A stretch of DNA of 64,000 bases from Abditibacterium sp. GTDB lineage: Bacteria; Armatimonadota; Abditibacteriia; Abditibacteriales; Abditibacteriaceae. Position 1 is the first letter of the stretch, and every line of letters starts with the position of its first letter. The notes beneath the pieces were generated by a model. That model saw nothing but the letters and a program-made list of their open reading frames with translations. It was not told the DNA's origin and searched no databases. The DNA is taken from assembly GCA_965199495.1 (NCBI GenBank), contig CBDASK010000003.1:2368001-2432000 (forward strand), written 5' to 3'. The position numbers and the translations under genes are program-made. Positions 19,405-29,397 of the stretch are shown here, in pieces.

Positions 19405-20661
19405 ATGAGCGAAATACGTAACGTCATTATCATCGGCAGCGGGCCTGCCGGTTACACCGCCGCGCTTTATACGGCGCGCGCCAACCTGAAACCTCTGCTC
19501 ATCGCGGGCAGCGCCGACAAGAAAACTTCGCGCATCAAGGGCGGGCAACTGATGGCGACATCGGACATCGAGAACTTTCCCGGCGCGATTGTGACCGGCG
19601 TTGATTTGGATACTTATTCTTATCTCGAAGGCGACGAGAAAGCCGCCGCGCTGCAAGATGTGAAAGGTTTGAGCGGCCCGCATTTGATGACGCGCATGGA
19701 AATGCAGGCATTGCATTTCGGCGCCGAAATGATCGAAGAGTTCGTGACCGATGTGGACATCTGCTCCAAGCCGGGCGAACTTTATACGGTCACGACCGAA
19801 ACCGGCAAAGTTTTCCAGTCGCGCGCTTTGATTATCGCGTCGGGTGCTGCCGCCAAGACGATGGGCATCGAGGCCGAAGACAAATTTTTTGGTCAGGGCG
19901 GCGGCGTTTCGACGTGCGCGACCTGCGACGGGCATTCGTATCGCGGCAAAACCGTGGCGGTTGTCGGCGGCGGCGATTCGGCGATGGAAGAAGCGTCGTA
20001 TCTGGCCAATCTGGGTATTGACGTGCATCTGATTCACCGCCGCGACGAGTTCCGCTCGTCGCGCATTATGCTCGAACGCGTGCGCAAAAACCCGAAAATT
20101 ACGATTCACGAGTTTCGTCAAATCGTGGATTTGTTGGGCAAACCGCATCCTCTGGCAGAGACCTCGAAGTTTTTCGCCGACAAAGAAGTGCTGCGCGCCG
20201 CCGTGTTGGAAGACCCGCGCGACGGTTCGCGCGAAGAACTCGAATTGGACGGCGTTTTCGTGGCGATTGGACACACGCCCAACACGCAGGTTTTCGCCGA
20301 CCAACTGAAAATGGACGAAGCGAAGTATCTCGAACGCGACAAGCATATGCGCGCGATTCCTTCGATAAACGCGTGCAACCACAAAATGCACGGCATGGAT
20401 TATGTGCCCGGCATTTTCGTGGCGGGTGACGTTTCCGATCACATGTATCGTCAGGCGATAACGGCGGCGGGCATGGGCTGCATGGCGGCGATTGAAGCCG
20501 AGCGTTACCTCGCCGAGAAACTGGCCGAATGGGAAGGTCTGGACGGCAACGATGTGGATATGTCGCTCGAAAGCATCGGCGTCTCGCATTGGAGCAACAA
20601 CCGCGACGTGGCTGGCGAAGAGCCAGTCGTCGAGAAAGTGAAAGAAGCGGCGCAGATGTAA
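19405..20661 (+). CDS. trxB: Thioredoxin-disulfide reductase
   Basis: IIGSGPAG, ENFPG, CATCDG, GGGDSAMEEA, HRRDEFR, GDV....RQAITAAG.GC. Confidence 0.93.
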   Translation: MSEIRNVIIIGSGPAGYTAALYTARANLKPLLIAGSADKKTSRIKGGQLMATSDIENFPGAIVTGVDLDTYSYLEGDEKAAALQDVKGLSGPHLMTRMEMQALHFGAEMIEEFVTDVDICSKPGELYTVTTETGKVFQSRALIIASGAAAKTMGIEAEDKFFGQGGGVSTCATCDGHSYRGKTVAVVGGGDSAMEEASYLANLGIDVHLIHRRDEFRSSRIMLERVRKNPKITIHEFRQIVDLLGKPHPLAETSKFFADKEVLRAAVLEDPRDGSREELELDGVFVAIGHTPNTQVFADQLKMDEAKYLERDKHMRAIPSINACNHKMHGMDYVPGIFVAGDVSDHMYRQAITAAGMGCMAAIEAERYLAEKLAEWEGLDGNDVDMSLESIGVSHWSNNRDVAGEEPVVEKVKEAAQM

Positions 20662-20676
20662 GATTTGTGGTCGCGT

Positions 20677-20715
20677 GAAAAGAGCGGATGCCAAATTGGT
20701 GTCCGCTCTTTTTTG
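20677..20715 (+). terminator. Intrinsic terminator after trxB
   Basis: AAAAGAGCGGATGCC-AAATT-GGTGTCCGCTCTTTTTT. Confidence 0.75.
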
Positions 20716-20784
20716 TAATTCGCATCCAATGATAAGCATTTGTGCCTGACTTGAGAACGCGAAAAACGTTATATTAAAAAACAT

Positions 20785-21924
20785 ATGAGCACTTCTGGCC
20801 CTTACAATCTGAAGAACCCTTTTCCCGCGCGTCTGGCGCGCACCGTCGTTTTGACCGGCGCAGGTTCGAGCAAAGATACCCGTCATTTTGAAATTGACCT
20901 CACCGGTTCGGGCATCGAATATCTGCCCGGCGATTCCCTCGCGGTGCAACCGCAAAACGATCCCAAAGTCGTGGACGACATCATTGATGCGCTCAATCTC
21001 AGCCCCGACGAAATGGTCGGCGAAGGCGAGGGCGCCAAAACTCTGCGCGAAGCTCTCATTTCCGATTACGCCGTCACCACGCCGTCGCCGCAGTTGCTCA
21101 AAGCCATCGCCGCGATTGCGCCGCATTCGTCGTTCGCGCACTTGCTCGATCCCGACAAAAAAGTCGAATTGGCGCAATATCTGTGGGGCCGCGAAATCAT
21201 TGATTTGTTGGTTGAACACGCCGAAATCAATTTCACCGCCGCCGAGTTCGTCAAACTGCTGCGCAAGTTGCAGGTGCGCTTGTATTCGATTTCGTCGAGT
21301 CTGGCGGCGTGTCCCAACTCCGTCCATTTGACCGTTGCGACCGTGCAATACGAGAGCTTTGGCCGCATGCGTCAGGGCGTGGCTTCGAGTTGGATGGCGC
21401 ATCGCATTGACGAAAGCACGCCGATCCCCTGCTACATCACGCCCAACAAACGCTTCCGTCTGCCCGAACCCGATAACGACGTGCCAATTATCATGGTCGG
21501 TCCCGGAACCGGAGTCGCGCCGTTTCGCGCGTTCGTGCAGGAGCGCCGCGCGACGAACGCCAAAGGCAAAGCGTGGCTGTTCTTTGGCGAGCAACATCAA
21601 AGCAGCGAATTCTTCTACGAAGACGAGTGGAATGAAGCGATGAAAGACGGTTCGCTCACAAAATTAACCACAGCGTTTTCGCGCGACCAAACGCACAAAA
21701 TTTACGTGCAACACCGTATGATCGAAGAGGGCGCGCAATTGTGGGAATGGCTGAACGAAGGCGGCATTTTCTACGTCTGCGGCGACAAAACGCGCATGGC
21801 CGCCGACGTTGACGCGGCGCTGCACGCCGTCATTCACCAGCACGGCGGCAAAACCGAGGAAGAGGCGGCGGAATACGTCGAACAGATGAAGAAAGAACAT
21901 CGTTACCATCGCGACGTTTATTAA
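20785..21924 (+). CDS. Sulfite-reductase flavoprotein-like FAD/NADPH reductase lacking the flavodoxin domain
   Basis: RLYSISSS, GVASSW, MVGPGTGVAPFR, AFSRDQ, YVCGD, RYHRDVY; only 379 aa. Confidence 0.85.
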   Translation: MSTSGPYNLKNPFPARLARTVVLTGAGSSKDTRHFEIDLTGSGIEYLPGDSLAVQPQNDPKVVDDIIDALNLSPDEMVGEGEGAKTLREALISDYAVTTPSPQLLKAIAAIAPHSSFAHLLDPDKKVELAQYLWGREIIDLLVEHAEINFTAAEFVKLLRKLQVRLYSISSSLAACPNSVHLTVATVQYESFGRMRQGVASSWMAHRIDESTPIPCYITPNKRFRLPEPDNDVPIIMVGPGTGVAPFRAFVQERRATNAKGKAWLFFGEQHQSSEFFYEDEWNEAMKDGSLTKLTTAFSRDQTHKIYVQHRMIEEGAQLWEWLNEGGIFYVCGDKTRMAADVDAALHAVIHQHGGKTEEEAAEYVEQMKKEHRYHRDVY

Positions 21925-21941
21925 GCAGTCGGGCGAAAAAC

Positions 21942-21976
21942 AAAGCGGGACGCGAAATATTTCGCGTCCCGTTTTA
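21942..21976. terminator. Intrinsic terminator
   Basis: AAAGCGGGACGCGAAA-TA-TTTCGCGTCCCGTTTT. Confidence 0.7.
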
Positions 21977-22075
21977 CGTTATGGAATCTTTGACTCAGTG
22001 GCGCGGACACGCCCGAATGCTCGATTTATGGACGCGCCCCCATAATTTTCGGAGTTTCGTAGCGAAATAAAGCCG

Positions 22076-22579
22076 TTAAGTCGCGATGGCTTCGCGCTGT
22101 TGCGCGGTTTGCAACAACCTCGGTTCGCTGCTTTCGAGCTGCTGCGCGGTCTCTTCTTCCTGCTGCAAGTTCTGTTGCAACAACTGCGCGACTTCGCTTT
22201 GTCCCATCAGCTCGGCTTCGTTGATCAACCCGCGATAAACGCCGATCTCGTAATGTTCCACCATCGTGGCCGCGCCGCCGATGAAGCAGTCGCGCAATGC
22301 CGCGTCCTCGACTTCCAAACCCGATTGCGCGTTAGCAATCAGTCCGCTACAAATGCCGCATTCGACGCGGTCGGGCTTCTCGCCAAGCAGGTCGTAGACC
22401 TTGTGGAGGTTCTCGATCTGCCCTTGTGTCTGTGCGATGTGTTTTTCCAATCCGGCCTTGAGCGCCGGGTCGGTGGTTTTGGTGTGCATTCCCTGTTGTA
22501 ACGCGAGGAAGCGGTGTTCCGAGTCGTGAATGTGCGCCAGTTCGGTGAAATACTTCTCTTTCAATGTGTTGATAGCCAT
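22076..22579 (-). CDS. Ferritin-like YciE/YciF (DUF892) protein
   Basis: DSE...H..QT..Q..NL, VEHYEIGVY, NLQQEEET. Confidence 0.85.
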   Translation of the reverse strand: MAINTLKEKYFTELAHIHDSEHRFLALQQGMHTKTTDPALKAGLEKHIAQTQGQIENLHKVYDLLGEKPDRVECGICSGLIANAQSGLEVEDAALRDCFIGGAATMVEHYEIGVYRGLINEAELMGQSEVAQLLQQNLQQEEETAQQLESSEPRLLQTAQQREAIAT

Positions 22580-22667
22580 AGGTAAAATTCTCCTTTTGAG
22601 CAACGAAAGCAATGGATGAAAATGCTTTCGTCGCTTGTTAGTCGCTGACTTTGGTTTCCGGGGAAAT

Positions 22668-23987
22668 TTAGAAGCCCGCCAAGCCCTGCGGGCTGGTGTA
22701 AGGAATGGCGTCTTCATCGATTTTCTTCAGGGCGCCATCGGCTCCCAGTTCGTAGGAGATCAGTTTGGAAGCGTTGGCGTAGATTTGGTAGAAATACTTG
22801 CCGTCGGGACTGAGCAAGTTATCGCTGGGGCCGCTGGAAACTATACCATCGAGAGCTTTGAAACTGCCGTCGCCGGGCACGGCGGGCGCAGCCGGGTCTT
22901 TGGCGATTTGCAGCGCGCCGTTGACGATTTTGTAGCTCGAAACCGAGCTATAACCAAACGCCGTCGCCAAAACTTGCTTGTTGTCGGGCGTAATAGCGAG
23001 CCAGCATTGTTCGGAAGGCATGCCTTTGCTGGTGTCAATGGCGACAATCGGCGAGTGCGTGACGGTGCCCCCAGCACTAATTTTGCCCATCGCCAGACCA
23101 TTTCCGCCCGCATAGGTGGTGACGAAAGTATCGTTGCTGCCATATAAAAACTGCGCTGAAAAGCCCGCCGCGCCGCCCGCATCCATGATCTGAGCCGCAC
23201 CCAAATCGCCATTATCTTTGACCGGAAAAACCACCAGTCCATCTTTGTCTTTGGCGTTCGATACAGCCACGTCGGCAGCCACGGGATCGCCACCGTGATT
23301 GATTTTGGGTTCGTGATCGAACAAAAGCAGGCCCATCAAAAACTTGCCATCGGGCGACAGCACAATTTGCGTCATCACGCGGTCAGTTTTGGACGGCGTG
23401 TTGACCGAAGCACTGCCCTGACGCAACGTCAGCTTGCCGTCTTTGACCGAATACATATGAATATGATCGGGGCCAAACGCGTGACCGACATAGAGCGTTT
23501 TGGTGCGCGGCGAGTAGGCGAGCGTTTTGGCCGTGCCGCTTTTGGTGCGTTCCTTCGGCTTGCCGGTCGCTTGAACATCAATCAAAGTCGGTGTGCCGCC
23601 GTCGCCGATTGAAAAACTCGACACGGTGTTATTGCCGCCGTTGGTGGTGAAGAGATATTTGTGATCGGGCGTAAGGATCACCGAGCCGACACCTTCAAAC
23701 GGGTTGGGTTCGCTGGGTTTGTCGTAGATGGGCTTGTAGGTACCGGAACCTTTGCCGCCGGTTGAGATGCGCTCCAATTCGGAGAGGCCGCCGTTGCGCA
23801 GGCGAGCGTAATGGACGATCTCGTTGTCGAGGCCATTGGTCTGCATATAAACGTTACCGCCGCCACTGCCGCCGCCGCCAGTAAGTCCATTCCCACCGCC
23901 ACAACCCGTCGTTAGCGCAACCGCACCAACGCACGTCAAGATTCCCAGAGGAACGATGTTGGCCAACTTCATCTTGTGTTGCTTCAT
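22668..23987 (-). CDS. Beta-propeller lactonase-family lipoprotein
   Basis: Lipobox LTTGC; repeats TPDHKYLF, SPDGKF, TPDNKQ, SPDGKY. Confidence 0.75.
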   Translation of the reverse strand: MKQHKMKLANIVPLGILTCVGAVALTTGCGGGNGLTGGGGSGGGNVYMQTNGLDNEIVHYARLRNGGLSELERISTGGKGSGTYKPIYDKPSEPNPFEGVGSVILTPDHKYLFTTNGGNNTVSSFSIGDGGTPTLIDVQATGKPKERTKSGTAKTLAYSPRTKTLYVGHAFGPDHIHMYSVKDGKLTLRQGSASVNTPSKTDRVMTQIVLSPDGKFLMGLLLFDHEPKINHGGDPVAADVAVSNAKDKDGLVVFPVKDNGDLGAAQIMDAGGAAGFSAQFLYGSNDTFVTTYAGGNGLAMGKISAGGTVTHSPIVAIDTSKGMPSEQCWLAITPDNKQVLATAFGYSSVSSYKIVNGALQIAKDPAAPAVPGDGSFKALDGIVSSGPSDNLLSPDGKYFYQIYANASKLISYELGADGALKKIDEDAIPYTSPQGLAGF

Positions 23988-24220
23988 TGGTATCTTCTCC
24001 CTAAATTTGGATTTAGCTCACTATCAGAACAGAGACGTGAACTTTCTCAGATAATATAAAATTTAAATATCACGAAACATTCTCGAAACGTTGGAGAAAT
24101 CCTCCCGAAACAGTGCGAATTTGCCACTCCGGTGAGATTTGAAGGCAATTTCGGTGAATAAGAAGTTTTCCCAATTCGCAACTGTTTTAGCTGCGATTAA
24201 TTTCGTTTGTTGTCTTTCGT

Positions 24221-26032
24221 ATGTCTTCGCCTCGCCGCTATGAACTTTCGCACGATGTCGCATTTTCGCGTGCGCAAGTCTGGGAGTTGTTGGCTCAGAC
24301 CGACCGTTTGAACCGGCATATCGGTTTGACGCCGGTTTTCTACAAAGAGCCGACGACCGATGAGTTCGGCATCTACCGACCGGCTTCGGCCAAATTTTCC
24401 GGCGTGTTGATGCAGTGGCGCGAATATCTGTTCCGCTGGGAGCAACACCAAAATTATACCGTCGTGCGGCGCTATGCCAGAGGGCCGATTGCTTCATTTG
24501 AGGGCGGATTGGAATTGGAAGAGTTGGGCGAAAATCGCACGCGCCTGACGCTGTGGAGTCGCATGAGCGCACGCGGCCACGCCGGGCGGTTGATCGTGCC
24601 ATTTATCGCGCGGCGGTTCTTGCGACGCTCGATTCGTTATTGCCAGAGCGTATTCATTGAAGGCGAACCGGCGCCGATGCCGCACGCGCCGCCGCCAAAA
24701 TCACGCGAGTGGAATCGGAGCGCGCTCGATAGTGGTATTGCGCGTTTGCGCGAGGCGCCGATTCGCGACGATTATGCGCTCGCACTGCGCGATTTCATCC
24801 GCACGGCGGGCGAAGACGAAGCGGCGGCGCTGCGTCCATTCGAGTGGGCCGATCAAAGCGGATTCGACCGTCACGAAGCGCTGCGGCTCTGTCTTTACGC
24901 GGTGCGCGTGGGGCTGCTCAACTTGCGTTGGGCGATGATGTGTCCCAATTGCCGCGTTTCCAAAAGCGAAGTTTCAAGTTTGGCGCAGGTCGGCGAAACC
25001 GTGCATTGCGATTTGTGCGGCGTCAATTACGACCTCAATTTCGACCGTTATGTCGAACTGCGCTTTTGCGTGCATCCCAATGTGCGAGTGGCTTCGAGCG
25101 CTGTTTATTGCGTGGGTGGGCCGTTTCGCTCGCCGCATGTTTTGGAACAACGCACGCTCGAAATGGGGCAATGTCATCATTTTGGGTTGCCGACAAGTGT
25201 GCCGTTGCGACTGCGCGTTATCGGTCTTAATCACGCGATAGATGTTGACGAAACCGATGCCGGTGGCTGCTTCGTGTTGTCCGATGACGGTTGGATAAAA
25301 CAAGATTTTTTGATGGACGAAATTTCGTCTCATCAAAGCGCGCAATTGTGCGCGGCCAACAAAACGGCGCGTCCGTTCGCGATTGTTTTGGAAAAACGCG
25401 AGTGGGACGACAGCGCCGTGACGGCGGCGCGCGTGACGGCATTGCAGGAGTTTCGCGATCTGTTTTCCAGCGAAGTTCTGGCGCCGGGGCGTCAGGTCGC
25501 CGTCGAAAGCGTGACGCTATTTTTCTCGGATTTGAGCAACTCGACTTCGCTCTATGAAAAAATCGGCGATGCTCCGGCGTTTAGCCGCGTGGGCAGCCAT
25601 TTCGAGTTTCTGTTCAAGAATATCGAAGAGGGCGACGGCGCCGTCGTCAAGACAATGGGCGACGCGGTGATGGCGGTTTTTAATCGGCCCGCCGACGCCG
25701 TTGCGACCGCGATTCGCGTGCAGCAACAGTTCCGCTATTTCGCCGAAACCTTGAGCGACCGCGACGATATTACGCTTAAAATCGGGCTGCACTGCGGCCC
25801 GGCGCTGGCGGTCAATTCCAACGACCGGTTGGATTATTTTGGGCGCACCGTGAATTTGGCGGCGCGCGCGGTCGGCGTTTCGAGCGGCGGCGACATCGTT
25901 TTGAGCGATGATGTTTGGCAAGCCGATGGAGTTAAAGAAGTGGTCGAAGCACAGGGTTTATGTCCGCACCATTTTCAGACGCTGCTGCGCGGCGTCGAAG
26001 CCTCGCGCGAAATGGTGCGTTTGGAGCCGTAA
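24221..26032 (+). CDS. Class III adenylate/guanylate cyclase with SRPBCC-like and DUF5939-like domains
   Basis: TLFFSDLSNST, VKTMGDAVMA, KIGLHCGP, DYFGRTVNLAAR; CPNC...CDLC. Confidence 0.88.
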   Translation: MSSPRRYELSHDVAFSRAQVWELLAQTDRLNRHIGLTPVFYKEPTTDEFGIYRPASAKFSGVLMQWREYLFRWEQHQNYTVVRRYARGPIASFEGGLELEELGENRTRLTLWSRMSARGHAGRLIVPFIARRFLRRSIRYCQSVFIEGEPAPMPHAPPPKSREWNRSALDSGIARLREAPIRDDYALALRDFIRTAGEDEAAALRPFEWADQSGFDRHEALRLCLYAVRVGLLNLRWAMMCPNCRVSKSEVSSLAQVGETVHCDLCGVNYDLNFDRYVELRFCVHPNVRVASSAVYCVGGPFRSPHVLEQRTLEMGQCHHFGLPTSVPLRLRVIGLNHAIDVDETDAGGCFVLSDDGWIKQDFLMDEISSHQSAQLCAANKTARPFAIVLEKREWDDSAVTAARVTALQEFRDLFSSEVLAPGRQVAVESVTLFFSDLSNSTSLYEKIGDAPAFSRVGSHFEFLFKNIEEGDGAVVKTMGDAVMAVFNRPADAVATAIRVQQQFRYFAETLSDRDDITLKIGLHCGPALAVNSNDRLDYFGRTVNLAARAVGVSSGGDIVLSDDVWQADGVKEVVEAQGLCPHHFQTLLRGVEASREMVRLEP

Positions 26033-26115
26033 ACTGAGCGACTCGGCAACTTTGGGCCGTAACGCTCTCCGCATTTGACGAATACCAAAATCGAATCGTT
26101 ACACTATCGGCGCCG

Positions 26116-27255
26116 ATGTCCGCGCCCTCCTTTCCCTTCGCCGCCGCGCCACCATTGCCTTCTCCTATTCCAATCGAACGCGCCGAAATCGTGAGTTTCG
26201 ATGGCCATTTTTTCGCCCGCGTTTACAGCGGCGAATTTTGTGGTGTTGTCGCGCTGAATGATTGGACTCCCCCATTAATTTCGCTGTGGCAAAACTTAAT
26301 TTTGCCGTTTTGGATGGGCCGCGACGCGCGCGACGTGGCTGCTGCTGTCGAAGAGATTGGCCGAACGAATCTCAATTACAAACTCGCGGGCGCGCCGTTT
26401 TGGATGGCGGTCGCGGGCGTCGAACTGGCGATCTGGGATTTGCTGGGGCACGCGCACGGAAAAAGCGTCGCCGCTTTGCTGTGCGAAAAACCGCGCCGCA
26501 AAATCCCGGTTTATCTGTCGAGTTTGCGCCGCGATAACCAAGCGCAAGCCGAAATCGAACGCTTGGACGAGGCCATCGCGCAAACGGGCGCCAAAGCGGT
26601 GAAAATCAAAATTGGCGGGCGCGGTTTTTGGGACGCACAGACCGAGGCGCGTGACCGTGAACTGTTGAAGTTGGCGCGCGAAAAATGGGGCGAAAAGTTC
26701 ACAATTTACGCCGATGCCAATGGTTCGTTTGAGGCCGAAAAAGCCAGAGAAGTCGGCGAAATGTTGCACGAATACCAAATCGCGTGGTTCGAGGAGCCGT
26801 GCGATTGGGAAGATTTCGAGGCGACGCGCGCGGTCGCGGCCCATGTGCAGTTGCCGGTCTCTGGTGGTGCGCAGGACAGCTCGTGGCCCAAATGGAAATG
26901 GCTCTTGGAAAATTGCGCGCTCGACATCGCGCAACCCGATCTGAGCGCCAATGGCGGACTGTTGCGCTCGCTACGCGTGGCGCAGTTCGCGGCGAATTTG
27001 GGCGTTTCGACGGCGCCGCACGCGTCCGGTTGGGCAATGTGCGCTTTGCCCGCGCTCCATTTCGCGGCGGCGCTTGAAAAATCGGCGCCGTTTCTGGAAT
27101 GGGACGCCGACTTGATCAAAGCGCCGTCGTGGTTTGCAAGCGCGCTTGAAATCCAAAAAGGCGCGGTGACTTTGCCCAAAGGCGCCGGATGGGGCGCCGT
27201 TTATGACGAAGAAATTTGGAAAAACGCGCAAACTCTGGCGCGCTCAAGCGTCTAA
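26116..27255 (+). CDS. Mandelate racemase/muconate lactonizing enzyme family protein
   Basis: ELAIWDLLG, KIKIGG, ADANG, WFEEP, QPDL. Confidence 0.88.
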   Translation: MSAPSFPFAAAPPLPSPIPIERAEIVSFDGHFFARVYSGEFCGVVALNDWTPPLISLWQNLILPFWMGRDARDVAAAVEEIGRTNLNYKLAGAPFWMAVAGVELAIWDLLGHAHGKSVAALLCEKPRRKIPVYLSSLRRDNQAQAEIERLDEAIAQTGAKAVKIKIGGRGFWDAQTEARDRELLKLAREKWGEKFTIYADANGSFEAEKAREVGEMLHEYQIAWFEEPCDWEDFEATRAVAAHVQLPVSGGAQDSSWPKWKWLLENCALDIAQPDLSANGGLLRSLRVAQFAANLGVSTAPHASGWAMCALPALHFAAALEKSAPFLEWDADLIKAPSWFASALEIQKGAVTLPKGAGWGAVYDEEIWKNAQTLARSSV

Positions 27256-27261
27256 AGCGCC

Positions 27262-27843
27262 ATGAAATTTCAATTTCTGGCGCCAGCACTTGTTTTGAGT
27301 TGCGGCATTTTGAGTTATAGTTTGGCGCGCGCCGCCGACACAGCCACGGCGGCGCAACAAGCGCAATTAGAGCCGATTAAGACGGGCGAACCGCACGCGA
27401 CGAAGTTCGCGCCGTTGGCGTATTTCAGCGCAAACTGCGCGCGTTGCCACGGCGAAAACGGTTCATTTTATGGCGAAGATTTCGCCAAAGGTCTGGACGA
27501 TGCGGCGCTTCACAACGTCGTCAAAGAGATGGCCGAAGGCCCGGCGCAAGCCCCGCTTTCGCCCGCCGATTTGGACGCCGTGACCAGTTGGCACCGTTCG
27601 ATGCGCGATAAAAAGCCGTTCGTCGTCATCGTCAAATCCGAAAAAACCGACGCCGGTTGGCAACTGGAAGGCGAGATTTCGCCGGACGCGACGCTGCAAA
27701 TTAATGGCAAAGATGTCGAAGTCAAAGGCTCTAATTGGACGACTCGTCTCGCGCCCGACGCCGCGAAAACCGTGAAGTTGCGCGCGCAAAAGGGTGACGC
27801 GCTGACTGAATTAGACGCGAGCGTTGGCGCATTCGCGCCGTGA
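27262..27843 (+). CDS. Exported c-type cytochrome
   Basis: Signal peptide, CARCH heme motif, downstream Met. Confidence 0.78.
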   Translation: MKFQFLAPALVLSCGILSYSLARAADTATAAQQAQLEPIKTGEPHATKFAPLAYFSANCARCHGENGSFYGEDFAKGLDDAALHNVVKEMAEGPAQAPLSPADLDAVTSWHRSMRDKKPFVVIVKSEKTDAGWQLEGEISPDATLQINGKDVEVKGSNWTTRLAPDAAKTVKLRAQKGDALTELDASVGAFAP

Positions 27844-27863
27844 GCGAAAGGCGTCGAAACGAT

Positions 27864-28625
27864 TCAGCGTTCCAACAATGCGCGCAGTTGCGCGGCGACG
27901 TGGCTGTCTTGCGCGGCGCAGAGCGGTTGGCCCGTGGCGTCGGTCACGAAGAATGTATCAGCGACGGCATTCTCGAAGGTGTTGATTTGCGCGTGCGCGA
28001 TGTTCAAATTCAGTTGCGCGAGCGCCTGAGAAACCGTGAATAAAACGCGGCTTTCGTTGGGCGCCGAAAGTTTTATCAGCGTGTAAAGTCCCGCCGTTGT
28101 CACCGAAATTTCATCCACTTGCAAGGTCGAAACCGGCGGTTTGGCGGGCGGATTTTGTTCTTTGATGACCGCGCGCAACGCCTTTTTGAGAGCCGCACAG
28201 TTTTTGTTCGCCAAGGGACGCGTGCGCCGAAAACTGTTCTCGCTGATGATGAACGTGTCCAGCACAATTGGCGTTGCGGGAAACTGCGGATCGGAAAGCG
28301 TGTGAATCCATGCGGTATGCACGTTGATACCCTGCGCGGCCAAAACGCCCGCGATGCGGGCGAGCAAACCGGGCCGACTGGGTTCGTAACCGCACAACGT
28401 CAGTTCGGTGAATTGCGCGCCGGGCGGACAGAGCAGCTCGATTTGCAATGGTTTCGCGGGCAGATCGCGCAGCAGTTGCAGATGGCGGCGCATGCGAGAA
28501 AGCGGCGTGTTGACGAAATAAAAGTCGGGCAACAGCCGCCGCAAAAAGGCGCTCACCTGCTCGTCCGGCGCATCGGCGTCGGGCATGGCCGCTTGTTGCA
28601 CCCTAATCGCATCAAAACTCGTCAT
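27864..28625 (-). CDS. Tandem ACT-domain protein resembling the GlnD C-terminus
   Basis: PGLLARIAGVLAAQGINVHTAWIHT and LNIAHAQINTF...DTFFVTD. Confidence 0.72.
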   Translation of the reverse strand: MTSFDAIRVQQAAMPDADAPDEQVSAFLRRLLPDFYFVNTPLSRMRRHLQLLRDLPAKPLQIELLCPPGAQFTELTLCGYEPSRPGLLARIAGVLAAQGINVHTAWIHTLSDPQFPATPIVLDTFIISENSFRRTRPLANKNCAALKKALRAVIKEQNPPAKPPVSTLQVDEISVTTAGLYTLIKLSAPNESRVLFTVSQALAQLNLNIAHAQINTFENAVADTFFVTDATGQPLCAAQDSHVAAQLRALLER

Positions 28626-28737
28626 AATAGAAGAAAACGCGCCAGACAAAAGTGTATTTTGTGGTTTTAGTTTAAAGATTCGCGCGTTTGCGGGTGTTAC
28701 GTTCAGGTTTCGCCCGCGCAATTTTTGCATAAAACTC

Positions 28738-29349
28738 ATGGGGATTTCCACTTTCGATATTTTGGGATGGTTGCCCGCTATTTTGCTCGGATTGGGTTTG
28801 GCGGCATCGAGCGGCTTGCGCGCGTTTTTGCCGTTGTTGCTGCTTTCGATGGCGGCGCACTGGAACATTTTTAACATCGAACTGACCGGCCCGTTCGCGT
28901 GGCTGGGTTCGCCGCTCGCGTTGGGCGCCCTCGCGATTGCGACGATTATCGAAGTCGCGGGCGATAAAATTCCGGTCGTTGACCACGCGCTCGATGCCAT
29001 TGGCACTTTTATTCGTCCGCTCGCGGGCACTTTGGCGGCGGCGGCGGTCATCAACAACCACGATCCAGCCACGGCGGCAATATTGGGCTTGGTTTTGGGC
29101 GCGCCGCTCGCGTTGGGCGTTCACGGCATCAAAGCGGGCACGCGCGGCGTTTCGACGGTTTCAACGATGGGCGTCGCCAACCCGGTCGTCTCGGTTTTCG
29201 AGGACATCGCGGCGTTTTCTATCGGATTTTTGTCGTTACTCGCGCCGCTTTTGGTGCCACTGATACTGGTCTGTGTGGGCATCATCGGCTGGAAAATGTT
29301 GATGTTGGTCAAGAGCATCAAGGCGCGCCGCGATCAAGGCATTTCATAA
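28738..29349 (+). CDS. DUF4126 membrane protein
   Basis: GLAASSGLRAFLP, EVAGDKIPVVDH.LD, NPVVSVFED. Confidence 0.85.
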   Translation: MGISTFDILGWLPAILLGLGLAASSGLRAFLPLLLLSMAAHWNIFNIELTGPFAWLGSPLALGALAIATIIEVAGDKIPVVDHALDAIGTFIRPLAGTLAAAAVINNHDPATAAILGLVLGAPLALGVHGIKAGTRGVSTVSTMGVANPVVSVFEDIAAFSIGFLSLLAPLLVPLILVCVGIIGWKMLMLVKSIKARRDQGIS

Positions 29350-29397
29350 TTCGTTTGCTCGCACTCTAATTCGCGCGATTTTCAATTTTGCGCGCGT

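Noticed and set aside
19363..21600. 745-aa minus-strand ORF
   Set aside because: Antisense shadow of trxB and the flavoprotein gene; no recognisable motifs.
28626..29072. N-terminal extension of the 402-aa ACT ORF
   Set aside because: It overlaps the DUF4126 gene on the other strand; the true start is probably 28625.
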